Origin: Eledone cirrhosa
Lineage: Eukaryota
DNA: 64,000 nucleotides
Assembly (NCBI GenBank): GCA_964016885.1
Contig: OZ024740.1
Span: 327,174,001 to 327,238,000, forward strand
Direction: 5' to 3'
Positions 63,401 through 64,000 of this stretch are shown here, piece after piece. Position numbers and translations under genes: made by a program. The notes under the pieces were generated by a model. It was not told the origin of the DNA. It worked only from the letters and a program-made list of their open reading frames with translations, and did no database searches. Numbering within the stretch: position 1 is the first letter of the stretch; every line of letters begins with the position of its first letter.

Positions 63401-64000
63401 GTGTTTATATCTATATTATATCTGTATTTTTTACCGTTGGTCAGTCAATGATAAACATTGAGGACAAAAGGAATTAACTGTGGAGATATAAAAGATACAG
63501 AAGCGAAAACCAACCAGCGATCTAAGATTCGTCACAGCTGTGTGTGAGTGTATCTTTGTATCACTTATGTGAGTGAGCGCGAAGGAACCAACCAACCAAT
63601 CAACAAACAATTATCTCTTTTTTTTTATATTATGTATTCATATTACAATTAACCATTATTTTTGACAGCACGAGGCCATCTAATTTAATTATATTCGTTT
63701 ATATATTTTTTTAAATTTTGTTTCGGAAAACAATACTTATTTATATTTTGTAGAATATATCGAATACTAATAAATTCAGATTGACTTATGAACAATATTT
63801 GAGATATTTAATTCGTTATAAATATATAATTTTGAATATTCGAGAATAATTTGTTTACAATTAAGGACTTCTATATTCATCAGATAGCGGTAAATATTAA
63901 ACGATATTAGATCGTGACTTTGATAAATGATTCAGTAGGTTAACCTAGATCGACCTAAAACGTTGGTCAATAAAATAATGACGTGAGAAACAATAGTAAA

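Overview
AT-rich, microsatellite-saturated animal genomic DNA. The repeat landscape resembles a coleoid cephalopod such as Octopus, which is an inference. No host gene is firmly recognisable, only a few candidate exons. Two things stand out. (1) At least five unrelated families of short (250-500 bp) elements, mostly fold-back, sit in or next to (TA)n tracts and carry type-I hammerhead ribozyme cores of the Penelope-like/retrozyme kind. Some are minimal with palindromic stem III, some have very long stem II, one family shows stem-I covariation, and one ~430 bp palindrome encodes an intact ribozyme on each strand. (2) A ~21 kb nest of non-LTR retrotransposons spans 36.1-57.4 kb. A 5'-truncated Tx1 copy bounded by a 12-bp TSD was split by a short retroposon tail. 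That tail's (AAT)n tract then collected two full-length Tx1 elements (minus strand), four R4/Dong-type RLE elements (plus strand) and a SINE. The window also holds many tRNA-derived SINEs whose 3' end resembles the Tx1 3' end, two Helitron/HINE-like elements, a Tigger/pogo transposase relic, RTE relics, a Tc1/mariner-type MITE and a 22-bp minisatellite. All calls are by eye, with no database searches.
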